The notes under the pieces were generated by a model. It worked only from the letters and a program-made list of their open reading frames with translations. It searched no databases and was not told the DNA's origin. Positions 11,515 through 22,200 of a stretch of 64,000 bases of DNA are shown here, piece after piece. Each line of letters starts with the position of its first letter. Positions within the stretch are counted from its first letter, which is position 1. Position numbers and translations under genes: made by a program. The stretch is from an uncultured cyanobacterium (GTDB lineage: Bacteria > Cyanobacteriota > Cyanobacteriia > Cyanobacteriales > Cyanobacteriaceae): assembly GCA_963749915.1 (NCBI GenBank), contig CAVVOP010000027.1, positions 32,001 to 96,000 on the forward strand, given 5' to 3'.

Positions 11515-14500
11515 TTAGGCGCTAAAATATTTAGCCATGGGATGGTAACAAATAATCGCACTTGTAGATTGTTCCGGGTATATTTGTTCAGACTCATCCA
11601 TATACATATTAATGCGATCGCAACCTAATAGATCTAATTGTACATACTGATCTTGCATATTGGGACAGGCAGGATAACCAAAGCTATATCGTGAACCTTG
11701 ATAGCGTTGTTGTAACATTTCTCGGATGTTGTCGGGTTCAGAATCCCCAAAGCCTAACTCACGGCGAATCCTTGCATGGCACCATTCCGCCATGGCTTCC
11801 GCCGTCTGCACTGCCATACCGTGATAATAGAGATAATCAGTGTATTCGTTAGCAGAGAATAGTTTTTGAGCGTATTCTGTGGCAATTTCACCTACCGTCA
11901 CCCCTTGCATGGGAAAAACATCAATGATGCCTGAGTCTTTAGAGGCGAAAAAGTCCGCAATACAAAGACGTTTACCAGACTTTTGACGGGGAAATTCAAA
12001 CTTAGCAATTTCTTCTTTATTTTCCGGATTTTCAGGACTATAAATAAATAAAGTATTGCCTTCGGATTGACAAGGGAAATAACCATAAACTAGAGTAGGG
12101 TGCAATAAATTTTCTGCTTTAATTTTCGTTTTCCATTGCTCTAAAATAGGGTAAACTTTTTCTTGCAAAAAATTATTATATTCTTCTCTGGGTTGTCCTT
12201 GAGGTTTACGGAATTGCCATTGTCCTGCAAATAAGGCTTGTAAATCCAAATACCAGAAAAGTTCATCTAAATCAAAATTATCAGGAGCTAAAATTTTTGT
12301 CCCCCAAAAAGGAGGAGTTGGACGATGGATATTAGGATCTACGGCTTCACTTCTGCGAGTATCAATTACTTTGATTTCTTCTTGAGTTTTTTCTTGACTT
12401 TTACCTGTCTTAACTTCCTCTTCTTTTTCGGCAATATTTCTACCCATTAAAATCTGATTATCTTGAGCAAAATCTCCTAAAAATCCTTGTATATTATCCC
12501 ACTGATTTCTATTTTTAGCAGGCATTAATTTATCCATAAAATGCAAATCAGCGAAGGCATCTTTACCATAAACAACTTTTCCTTTATAAGTATTTTGACA
12601 GTCTTCATAGACAAATTTAGGGGTTAACGCCGCCCCTCCTAAAATAACGGGTACAGTAATTCCTTCTTGATTAAATGTCTCTAAGTTATCCTTCATAAAA
12701 GCAGTAGATTTGACCAATAAGCCACTCATGGCAATACAATCAGCCTTAGATTCACGATAGGCATTAATAATGTTTTCTACAGGTTGCTTAATACCTAAAT
12801 TAATAACTTTATAACCGTTATTAGACAGAATAATATCAACTAAATTTTTACCAATATCATGAACATCTCCCTTCACCGTGGCGATTAAAAATGTGCCTTT
12901 CCCCCTACCATCACTATCAGTTTTGTCCATAAAAGGTTCAAGAAAAGCTACCGCCGCCTTCATAGTTTGAGCTGACTGTAAAACGAAGGGTAATTGCATT
13001 TGTCCACTACCAAATAATTCCCCCACAACCTTCATGCCATCTAGTAAATAGATATTAATAATATCTAAAGGAGGATAAATTTTTAAGGCTAAATTTAAAG
13101 CATCTTCTAAGCCAATTCTTTCACCGTCAATAATATGTTGTTTGAGTCTTTCTTCGATGGGTAAATCCGCCACGTTTTGCTTAATACTTTTAGTGGTTTT
13201 ACCCGCAAATAAAGTGGTTAGTTTTCCTAAAGGATCATAAGTGCATATATCACCATCAAACTCTCTTAAATCATAGATTAAATCACGACAAATTTTTAAG
13301 GCTTGTTCATCTATTTTCGCTAATGGTAATATTTTACTAGCAGAGACGATGGCACCATCCATTCCCCCTTGCATCGCCTCATGTAAAAACACCGAGTTTA
13401 ACACTTGACGGGCGGCAGGATTTAAACCAAAGGAAATATTGGAAACCCCTAACATAAAATGACAATAGGGCAATTCTTCCTTGATTCTTTTAATGGATTC
13501 GATGGTGGCTTTACCGTTTTCTCTATCTTCCTCAATCCCAGTAGAAACAGGCAAAGCAAGGGTATCGAAAAAGATTTCATAGGCAGGAATACCGAATTTT
13601 ATCGCGTCATTATAGGCACGTTTGGCAATTTCAAATTTTTTGTCAGCGGTGCGTGCCATACCTTCTTCATCGATGGTGCCGATAACTACTCCAGCACCGT
13701 ATTTTTTGGCTAATTCTAACACCTTGAAAAACCTTTCTTCTCCGTCTTCATAGTTGGTGGAGTTGAGGATACATTTACCCCCAGCAACCTTTAACCCTGC
13801 TTCCATTTTTTGCCATTCAGTGGAATCCAACATCAAAGGTAAAGTAATGTTATTGACGAGACGGGAAGCCAACTCATGCATATCTTTAACACCATCACGC
13901 CCTACATAATCTACGTTGACATCTAATATATGAGCCCCTTCTTTTACCTGGCTTTTTGCCAAGGAAATTAAGCCATCCCAGTCTTCTGCATTCAACAAGT
14001 CACGGCATTTTTTCGAGCCACTGGCGTTGAGTCTTTCCCCGACAATCAAGAAAGAATTATCTTGATGATATGTCTGGGTACTATAAATAGATGCAGCGGA
14101 AGGCTCATAATGAGATTCCCTAACTTTAGGCTTGAGGGTAGAAGCAATGTCAGCTAAGGCTTTGATATGTTCGTAACGAGTACCACAACAACCGCCAATT
14201 ATTTGCACTCCTAAGTCTTCAATAAAGTGCATTAAGCTCATACGTAGCTCTATAGGAGTTAATCGGTAATAGGCCTGTCCGCCAACATTTTCGGGTAAAC
14301 CGGCGTTAGGAATACAGGACACGATGAAGGGAGAATTTTCGCTTAAATATTTGATATGAGGTTTCATCAAATCTGGACCTGTGGCACAGTTTAGTCCTAG
14401 GATATCGAGAGGATAAGGCTCAAGGATAGCTAAAACGGCATTTATTTCTGTACCTACTAACATTGTCCCCATGGTCTCCATGGTAACTGATACCATTAAG

Positions 14501-15069
14501 GGAAGGCGATCGCCTTTTTGCTCGAAGACTTCTTCAATGGCATTTAAAGCAGCTTTGATTTGTAAAACGTCTTGACAGGTTTCCACTAACAATAAATCTA
14601 CACCACCGTCATATAAACCCTTGACTTGGGTGATATAGGCATCTTTGAGGGTATCATAATCGATATGTCCAAGAGTTGGTAATTTTGTACCCGGTCCCAT
14701 ACTTCCTGCTACGAAACGAGGTTTTTCGGGAGTAGAATATTCTTGTGCGACTTTTTTCGCTAATTCGGCGGCGGTTTTGTTGAGGTAATAGGATTGATCC
14801 GCGAGGTCATATTCTGCTAAAACTAAGGGTGTACCTCCAAAAGTATCGGTTTCGATAACGTCTGCACCTGCTTCTAAAAAGCCTCGATGCACAGTTTCTA
14901 CGGCACTAGGTTTAGTATGGACTAAATATTCGTTACATCCCTCGTATTCTGCCCCTCCAAAGTCTTCGGCGGTAAGGTTTTGTACTTGGAGATTTGTACC
15001 CATTGCACCATCAAATACTAACACAGGTCGATGGGGGCTATGTAATCTTTCTAAAAATAGGCTTTTCAT
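11515..15069 (-). CDS. metH: Cobalamin-dependent methionine synthase
   Basis: [29 protein letters not shown]12-binding motif, [10 protein letters not shown]. Confidence 0.98.
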   Translation of the reverse strand: MKSLFLERLHSPHRPVLVFDGAMGTNLQVQNLTAEDFGGAEYEGCNEYLVHTKPSAVETVHRGFLEAGADVIETDTFGGTPLVLAEYDLADQSYYLNKTAAELAKKVAQEYSTPEKPRFVAGSMGPGTKLPTLGHIDYDTLKDAYITQVKGLYDGGVDLLLVETCQDVLQIKAALNAIEEVFEQKGDRLPLMVSVTMETMGTMLVGTEINAVLAILEPYPLDILGLNCATGPDLMKPHIKYLSENSPFIVSCIPNAGLPENVGGQAYYRLTPIELRMSLMHFIEDLGVQIIGGCCGTRYEHIKALADIASTLKPKVRESHYEPSAASIYSTQTYHQDNSFLIVGERLNASGSKKCRDLLNAEDWDGLISLAKSQVKEGAHILDVNVDYVGRDGVKDMHELASRLVNNITLPLMLDSTEWQKMEAGLKVAGGKCILNSTNYEDGEERFFKVLELAKKYGAGVVIGTIDEEGMARTADKKFEIAKRAYNDAIKFGIPAYEIFFDTLALPVSTGIEEDRENGKATIESIKRIKEELPYCHFMLGVSNISFGLNPAARQVLNSVFLHEAMQGGMDGAIVSASKILPLAKIDEQALKICRDLIYDLREFDGDICTYDPLGKLTTLFAGKTTKSIKQNVADLPIEERLKQHIIDGERIGLEDALNLALKIYPPLDIINIYLLDGMKVVGELFGSGQMQLPFVLQSAQTMKAAVAFLEPFMDKTDSDGRGKGTFLIATVKGDVHDIGKNLVDIILSNNGYKVINLGIKQPVENIINAYRESKADCIAMSGLLVKSTAFMKDNLETFNQEGITVPVILGGAALTPKFVYEDCQNTYKGKVVYGKDAFADLHFMDKLMPAKNRNQWDNIQGFLGDFAQDNQILMGRNIAEKEEEVKTGKSQEKTQEEIKVIDTRRSEAVDPNIHRPTPPFWGTKILAPDNFDLDELFWYLDLQALFAGQWQFRKPQGQPREEYNNFLQEKVYPILEQWKTKIKAENLLHPTLVYGYFPCQSEGNTLFIYSPENPENKEEIAKFEFPRQKSGKRLCIADFFASKDSGIIDVFPMQGVTVGEIATEYAQKLFSANEYTDYLYYHGMAVQTAEAMAEWCHARIRRELGFGDSEPDNIREMLQQRYQGSRYSFGYPACPNMQDQYVQLDLLGCDRINMYMDESEQIYPEQSTSAIICYHPMAKYFSA

Positions 15070-15138
15070 GGAGTAGTTAATTATATATAAAAAATGCTTC
15101 TATAAGTTATGTTAATTAACTACTTTAGCTCATTTAAG

Positions 15139-15231
15139 GAGGCAGCGGTGCGGGAGCGAAGCGCTGACGGAGGCAGTGCCCGCTGAGGTTGCCTCAGCAA
15201 GGGAACGCGCACCAAGAGAGAAGGCAGAAGG
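15139..15231. repeat. GC-rich small dispersed repeat with hairpin, among AGGCAG-type repeats
   Basis: GAGGCAG occurs twice, hairpin GCTGAGG-TTG-CCTCAGC, then AGAAGGCAGAAGG; far more GC-rich than the flanks. Confidence 0.55.
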
Positions 15232-15368
15232 TCATGAATTCGTGAAAATGCTAGCACTGAATTCTGGATTTTGAATTTTGAATTTCCCCGACAGTAGCTA
15301 TTACCAAGTTTTGGAATTGTCAGAAATATTGTAATATTTAATTACCTTTGCGAATCAATTAACCAACA

Positions 15369-16061
15369 ATGTTTTTATTATTATTTATTCTCACCATTTT
15401 ATTTTCTGGGTTGTACTTTTTGCCTTGTCTTCATCGCAAATTAATAACACCTTTAGGAAATGTCAGCAAATTTAATATGACATTGGCCATTCTACTTTTT
15501 AGTTTCTTAATAATAATACCCTTTGCCCATGCTGACACCATCAAAACTGAAAAAGCTACTTTTGCTGGGGGTTGTTTTTGGTGTATGGAATCACCTTTTG
15601 ATGAGATAAAGGGAGTTTTATCGACAACTTCAGGTTATACGGGGGGAAATGTGAAAAATCCCACCTATAAACAAGTAAGCGAGGGCAAGACAGGCCATGC
15701 TGAGGCGGTAGAAATCGAATATAACAGCAATTTGGTTAACTATGGTCAGTTATTAGCGGTTTTTTGGCGAAATATCGATCCTACGGTGCAAAATAGACAA
15801 TTCTGCGATGTAGGTGCTCAATACCGCAGTGCCATTTTTTACCATAATGAAGCACAAAAAAAATTAGCGGAAGAAACCAAGCAAAAAGCCGAAAAACAAC
15901 TGAAAAAGCCTATTTTTACGGAAATAAAACCTGTTGCCACTTTTTACCCTGCGGAGGAATATCACCAAGACTATTACAAAAAAAATCCCCTCTTGTATAA
16001 ATACTACCGTTATCGTTGTGGTAGGGATCGGCGATTAACGGAAATTTGGAATAATGAATAG
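15369..16061 (+). CDS. msrA: Peptide-methionine (S)-S-oxide reductase with probable signal peptide
   Basis: ATFAGGCFWC, GYTGG, GHAEAV, AEEYHQDYY; hydrophobic N-terminus ending in AHA (start may be the internal MTLAI). Confidence 0.93.
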   Translation: MFLLLFILTILFSGLYFLPCLHRKLITPLGNVSKFNMTLAILLFSFLIIIPFAHADTIKTEKATFAGGCFWCMESPFDEIKGVLSTTSGYTGGNVKNPTYKQVSEGKTGHAEAVEIEYNSNLVNYGQLLAVFWRNIDPTVQNRQFCDVGAQYRSAIFYHNEAQKKLAEETKQKAEKQLKKPIFTEIKPVATFYPAEEYHQDYYKKNPLLYKYYRYRCGRDRRLTEIWNNE

Positions 16062-16165
16062 TAAGTTGGTGATAAAAAATGTGGGGGCGAATACCATCTT
16101 GTCTATAACCCCCTAAATTCCTGGATAAGGAGGACTTAAATTGCCTCCTTTTAGGTAATTAACCC

Positions 16166-17197
16166 TTATTTTTTCGGAAAATTGGCCCAATCTTGGGGTT
16201 TTAAGAAAAATTCCGTCAATTTTGCTTCTTGGCTTCCCGCCTCAGGAGTGTAGCCATATTCCCAACGGGTTAAAGGCGGTAATGACATTAAAATTGACTC
16301 TGTGCGCCCATTGGTTTGTAAGCCGAAAATTGTTCCTCGATCGTAAACTAGGTTAAACTCCACATAGCGCCCCCGACGATATAACTGAAAATTCCGTTCT
16401 CTTTCGCCATATTCCATATTTTTACGACGTTCCACAATGGGAATATAGGAAGGTAAAAAAGCATCACCGCAACTTTTGGCAAAATTGAACAAATCTTCCC
16501 AATTATGAGATACATTACCAACTTTTTGACTATACTGATTCGCTAATCCATCTTGATTTGAACCACTGTAAAGAATACCACGATCATCTTGATAGTCAAA
16601 GAAAATTCCGCCGATACCTCTGGCTTCTTGACGATGTTTCAAGTAAAAATATTCGTCACACCACCGTTTAAATATAGGGTAATATTCTGAATTATGGCGA
16701 TCGCAGGCTTGTTTTAAAGTTGTATGAAAATGGATCGCATCTTCCTCGAAAGCATAGTAAGGAGTTAAGTCTGCACCACCGCCAAACCACCATACAGGAC
16801 CTGCTTCAAAGTAGCGATAGTTAAGGTGTACGGTGGGTACGTAAGGATTTTTAGGGTGTAATACCATAGATGTCCCCGTAGCGTAAAAATCATGACCTGC
16901 GGCTTCAGGACGTTGTATTAAAATAGAGGGAGGTAAAGTCTCGCCCCAAACTTCAGAAAAGTTGACCCCGCCTTGTTCAAATACACCACCATCATAAATT
17001 ACTCTTGTGCGTCCACCGCCTCCTTCAGTGCGTTGCCAGTTATCTTCTTGAAATTTAGCCTTACCATCCACTGCCTCTAAGCCTTGGCAAATTCGATCTT
17101 GTAAGGTTTTCACAAATTCTCTAGCTTTTTCTCTGGTATTACTGGGGGAAAGACTATTTTTATTTACTTTTTTGTGTTGAGTTACTGCACTGGTCAT
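16166..17197 (-). CDS. hemF: Oxygen-dependent coproporphyrinogen III oxidase
   Basis: [49 protein letters not shown] start (MTSAVT) at 17197. Confidence 0.95.
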   Translation of the reverse strand: MTSAVTQHKKVNKNSLSPSNTREKAREFVKTLQDRICQGLEAVDGKAKFQEDNWQRTEGGGGRTRVIYDGGVFEQGGVNFSEVWGETLPPSILIQRPEAAGHDFYATGTSMVLHPKNPYVPTVHLNYRYFEAGPVWWFGGGADLTPYYAFEEDAIHFHTTLKQACDRHNSEYYPIFKRWCDEYFYLKHRQEARGIGGIFFDYQDDRGILYSGSNQDGLANQYSQKVGNVSHNWEDLFNFAKSCGDAFLPSYIPIVERRKNMEYGERERNFQLYRRGRYVEFNLVYDRGTIFGLQTNGRTESILMSLPPLTRWEYGYTPEAGSQEAKLTEFFLKPQDWANFPKK

Positions 17198-17456
17198 ATT
17201 TTTTTGATGTTTTGTTTTTAACAAATTACTGTTTATGACTATATAGCGATTAACAAAATTTACCAAGATAACTTATAAAAACTTAACAAATTGAGTTCTA
17301 CTTTTTTTACTATTATATTAATTCGTTCTAGCTGAAAACTATAAAATAAATGACTTTTAACTAATTGTTTAGTAATGTAACGATCCTTGCACAACTATGT
17401 CTATAATGACTAAAATAATAAAAACACAATATAGCCATTAAGTAATTTAAAATAAC

Positions 17457-18515
17457 ATGACGGCAACAGTTATTAAACCTAGTATCAAAAAAACCTCTGT
17501 TAAAGAAACTCTCCTTACTCCTAGATTTTACACCACCGACTTTGACGCCATCGCCAATATGGACATTTCCAGTCAGGAAGAAGAATTAAAGGCAATGATT
17601 GTGGAAATGAAAACTGATTATAACCGTAATCATTTTGTAAGAGACGAAGATTTTGAAAAACGTTGGGACAATATTGACAGTAACACTCGTGAGGCTTTTA
17701 TCGATTTTCTTGAACGTTCTTGTACATCTGAGTTTTCTGGTTTTATCTTATTTAAAGAATTATCTCGTCAATTGAAAGATCGTAACCCCATTTTAGCGGA
17801 GATTTTCCATTTAATGGCAAGGGATGAGGCACGTCATGCAGGATTCATCAACAAAGCCATGAGTGATTTTAATATCTCCCTTGATTTGGGTTATTTAACA
17901 AAACATCGGGTTTATACCTTTTTTAAGCCAGAATGGGTGATTTATGCGGTATATTTATCGGAAAAAATCGGTTATTGGCGTTATATTCTCATGTATCGTC
18001 ATTTGGAACGCAATCCTCACTATCAATTTTATCCCATCTTCAAAAAATTTGAGCATTGGTGCCAGGATGAAAGCCGTCATGGTGATATTTTTAAAGCTTT
18101 GTTACGATCGCAGTCTTCTATGTGGAAGGGGTGGAAAGCCAAATTATGGTCAAGATTTTTTCTCCTATCTGTCTTTGCAACCCACACCTTAACAGTCCAT
18201 GAAAGAGCGGATTTTTATGCTTCTGTAGGTTTAGATGCACAACAATACGATCGTGACGTTACTATCAAGACCAATAGCACAGCCGCTAAAGCCTTTCCCG
18301 TTATTTTAGATACCAACCACCCCCAATTTTTTCCCCGTTTAGAAAAATGTTCTGATTATAATTTACAACTATCAAGCATCGAGAAAAATAGTAAAAATAA
18401 AGTCATCAAATTTCTCCGCAAATTACCTTTACAAATAGCTATTTTCTGGAATTTGTTATGTCTATATTTAATTAAACCCATTGAAGCGGAGGAATCAAGA
18501 GGAGTAGTGCGTTAA
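17457..18515 (+). CDS. acsF: Mg-protoporphyrin IX monomethyl ester oxidative cyclase
   Basis: KETLLTPRFYTTDF, ERSCTSEFSG, DEARHAG, LSEKIGYWRY, DESRHGD diiron motifs. Confidence 0.95.
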   Translation: MTATVIKPSIKKTSVKETLLTPRFYTTDFDAIANMDISSQEEELKAMIVEMKTDYNRNHFVRDEDFEKRWDNIDSNTREAFIDFLERSCTSEFSGFILFKELSRQLKDRNPILAEIFHLMARDEARHAGFINKAMSDFNISLDLGYLTKHRVYTFFKPEWVIYAVYLSEKIGYWRYILMYRHLERNPHYQFYPIFKKFEHWCQDESRHGDIFKALLRSQSSMWKGWKAKLWSRFFLLSVFATHTLTVHERADFYASVGLDAQQYDRDVTIKTNSTAAKAFPVILDTNHPQFFPRLEKCSDYNLQLSSIEKNSKNKVIKFLRKLPLQIAIFWNLLCLYLIKPIEAEESRGVVR

Positions 18516-18530
18516 TAATTGATGGTTGAT

Positions 18531-19146
18531 ACTGGACTTTGGACAAATGAAAACTGATTAGCGTCTTAGCTTACGCTAATTAAAGGGGTGGTTATTTTAA
18601 AACAGACTTAGGGCATATTTTTCAAGGTTTATCTTCCTCAGTAAAATAGGATGGAAACCAGAAATAGAAGCAGGAAAGCTAGCTATGTTTATGATTGATG
18701 AATGCCATCTTCTCTGGGGAGACATTTTAGGATATGTTTGGGGAAGAACAGATATTAGAATAGAAATTCCGATAAAAAATGAAAAAAGTAGACAAACATA
18801 TTATGGACGGTCAAATATTTGATTTCCCTAAACTTTATGAATATGGAATTATGCCACAAGCTATTTAGGACTGCTATATAAAAGAATAATTCGTACTTTT
18901 GGCACTTCTTCACCTTCACCCAAAGTCCGAGGTTATTCATCGGGGCGGGAAAAAGGTACAAAGTTACCCTCAAGATTACGTTATCCCACCGTGAAAAAAA
19001 CGGCAAGTAAGAAAAAAACAGCCTAGCTAAAGGTTAATTTAACAGTATTTTCAGCTATTGGACGGCTGATGACAATCCCTCTTGTTTTTCCTTTTTCGTT
19101 ATTGTAGAAATTACGCTAACTGATTCCTTTTTGTCCAAAGTCCAGT
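18531..19146. mobile_element. Internally deleted composite IS relic
   Basis: Perfect 17-bp TIR ACTGGACTTTGGACAAA...TTTGTCCAAAGTCCAGT. Interior has an IS630-like fragment (MFMIDECHLLWGD...RQTYYG) and a basic transposase-like tail (GTSSPSPKVRG...RYPTVKK). Confidence 0.8.
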
Positions 19147-19194
19147 TATTACCAATATTACCAGTAATTAGGTTGTTAAGATTGTTTTCTGAGG

Positions 19195-19219
19195 AAAAAA
19201 AGCGGGGCTACAGCCCCGC
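19195..19219 (-). terminator. Rho-independent terminator of the RTX protease gene
   Basis: Minus strand GCGGGGCT-GT-AGCCCCGC followed by T7, about 40 nt after the stop codon. Confidence 0.7.
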
Positions 19220-19261
19220 CCAAGCTAACTTGGGGTTAGCTCATCGAACGATTTCAGCAGA

Positions 19262-22200
19262 TTAGGCAAAGATGAAGTCACCAGGGACTGGTGCCGTAGT
19301 GCCAAACCCCTGCAGGGTAATGCTACCAAAACCGAAGAAGGTACTAGTGATGACATTGTTTACAGTATTGGAGAAGTTCAGGTCGCTATAATCAAGTCCT
19401 ATTCCGAAAGCAGTCAAATCAATCTGGTCAGGGCCAGTTCCGAAGTCAGTGATGACATCGCTGCCAAACCCGCTGGCAAATAAGAAGTTGTCGCTATCAG
19501 CACCACCGATGAGGGTGTCGTTGCCGCTGCTTCCGTAGATGGAGTCGTTGCCGTTGTCACCATTGAGGACGTCCCCTACGCTGGATCCGCCGATGTTAGC
19601 TGCGGTATAGGCATAAAGGCGATCGTTGCCATTGCCACCGTTGAGGGTGTCGCTGCCGTAGCCCCCCTGGAGGAGGTCGTTGCCGTTACCACCATTAACC
19701 AGATCATTGTCGTTGCCACCATTAGCGGTGTCGTTGCCGCTGCTTCCGTAGATGGAGTCGTTGCCATTGTCACCATTGAGGACGTCCCCCACGCTAGATC
19801 CGCCGATGTTAGCTGCGGTATAGGCATAAAGGCGATCGTTGCCATTGCCACCGTTGAGGGTGTCGCTGCCGTAGCCCCCCTGGAGGAGGTCGTTGCCGTC
19901 ACCACCATTAACCAGATCATTGTCGTTGCCACCATTAGCGGTGTCGTTGCCGCTGCTTCCGTAGATGGAGTCGTTGCCATTGTCACCATTGAGGACGTCC
20001 CCCACGCTGGATCCGCCGATGTTAGCTGCGGTATAGGCATAAAGGCGATCGTTGCCATTGCCACCGTTGAGGGTGTCGCTGCCGTAGCCCCCCTGGAGGA
20101 GGTCGTTGCCGTCACCACCATTAACCAGATCATTGTCGTTGCCACCATTAGCGGTGTCATTGCCGCTGCTTCCGTAGATGGAGTCGTTGCCATTGCCACC
20201 ATTGAGGACGTCCCCTACGCCGGATCCGCCGATGTTAGCTGCGGTATAGGCATAAAGGCGATCGTTGCCATTGCCACCGTTGAGGGTGTCGCTGCCGTAG
20301 CCCCCCTGGAGGAGGTCGTTGCCGTTGCCACCATTAACCAGATCATTGTCGTTGCCACCATTAGCGGTGTCGTTGCCGCTGCTTCCGTAGATGGAGTCGT
20401 TGCCATTGTCACCATTGAGGACGTCCCCCACGCTAGATCCGCCGATGTTAGCTGCGGTATAGGCATAAAGGCGATCGTTGCCATTGCCACCGTTGAGGGT
20501 GTCGCTGCCGTAGCCCCCCTGGAGGAGGTCGTTGCCGTTGCCACCATTAACCAGATCATTGTCGTTGCCACCATTAGCGGTGTCGTTGCCGCTGCTTCCG
20601 TAGATGGAGTCGTTGCCATTGCCACCATTGAGGACGTCCCCTACGCCGGATCCGCCGATGTTAGCTGCGGTATAGGCATAAAGGCGATCGTTGCCATTGC
20701 CACCGTTGAGGGTGTCGCTGCCGTAGCCCCCCTGGAGGAGGTCGTTGCCGTTGCCACCATTAACCAGATCATTGTCGTTGCCACCATTGATGGTGTCGTT
20801 GCCGTCACCACCGTTGATAGTGTCGTTACCGCCCGTGGTGGAGATGACGTTACCCCCAGTTGTGCCGGTGATCGAGTCATTGCCGTTGCCGGTGATCAGG
20901 TTCTCGAAGTTCGTGAACAGCTCGCCACCGTAGTTCGTGAGGCCCGTCACCATGTTGACGACGTAGGTGCCGTTGAAGCTCGTCGTGTCGAGGGTATCGA
21001 CCCCTGCACCGCCGTCGATCACTTCGGGCGTTCCGAGTCCGGCGTACATCAGGTCGTCACCGCCATTGCCGTAGTACTCGCCCGATCCATTGGAGGAGAT
21101 AGTGTCGTTGCCAGAGCCGGAGCGGAAGATCTCGATACCGCTGTGCGTGCGTTGCAGGTCCCCGCTAACGGAACCCTCATAGGTACCCGCCAGTGCACTG
21201 TAGGTGATGGCAGTCGTCACGTCGGTCATATCCAGGGTGTCGATGCCGTTACCGCCCACCACGTTGTCGATGAACTCGCCGTCCAGAATCTGGATCAGGT
21301 CGTCGCCTTCCTCGCCGTTGACATCGTCGGTTCCGTCGCCACCCTGGATCGTATCGTTGCCGCCGCCACCGTTGATGGTGTTGGAGCCACCACCAGTGCG
21401 TATCACGTTGGCTCCGGCGGTTCCCGTGACAAACTCAGAGCCGCTGGTAGAGGCCGCGTTGTCGTAGTTCTCGAAATTCAGCCAGGACTCGTTGAAAGTG
21501 CTACCGTTCGTGTAGGTACCCGTGGCGAGATTAAACCCAGCTCCAGAGCCGAAGTTGGTGCCGCCGCCGTCGATGGTATCGTTGCCGGTCTCCCCGTCAT
21601 GGAGCCTTACGTCTGAAAGTGATGGAATTGGCGGGCCCCAGAAAATGCGGTCATTGCCAGCCCCGCCGTAGATGGTGTCCGAACCGCCGCCGCCGTTGAT
21701 GGTATTGGAGCCACCACCAGTGCGTATCACGTTGGCTCCGGCGGTTCCCGTGACAAACTCAGAGCCGCTGGTAGAGGCCGCGTTGTCGTAGTTCTCGAAA
21801 TTCAGCCAGGACTCGTTGAAAGTGCTACCGTTCGTGTAGGTACCCGTGGCGAGATTAAACCCAGCTCCAGAGCCGAAGTTGGTGCCGCCGCCGTCGATGG
21901 TATCGTTGCCGGTCCCCCCGTCATGGAGCCTTACGTCTGAAAGTGATGGAATTGGCGGGCCCCAGAAAATGCGGTCATTGCCAGCCCCGCCGTAGACGGT
22001 GTCCGAGCCGCCGCCGCCGTTGATGGTGTTGGAGCCACCACCAGTGCGTATCACGTTGGCTCCGGCGGTTCCCGTGACAAACTCAGAGCCGCTGGTAGAG
22101 GCCGCGTTGTCGTAGTTCTCGAAATTCAGCCAGGACTCGTTGAAAGTGCTACCGTTCGTGTAGGTACCCGTGGCGAGATTAAACCCAGCTCCAGAGCCGA

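Noticed and set aside
15139..15231. Possible riboswitch upstream of metH
   Set aside because: No recognisable SAM or cobalamin riboswitch core; better explained as a dispersed repeat.
18755..19006. 83-aa minus-strand ORF
   Set aside because: Antisense to the transposase fragments in the IS relic.
19515..20790. Regular repeats as a possible CRISPR array
   Set aside because: Units are 213 bp, in frame, protein-coding and have no unique spacers; no cas genes in the window.
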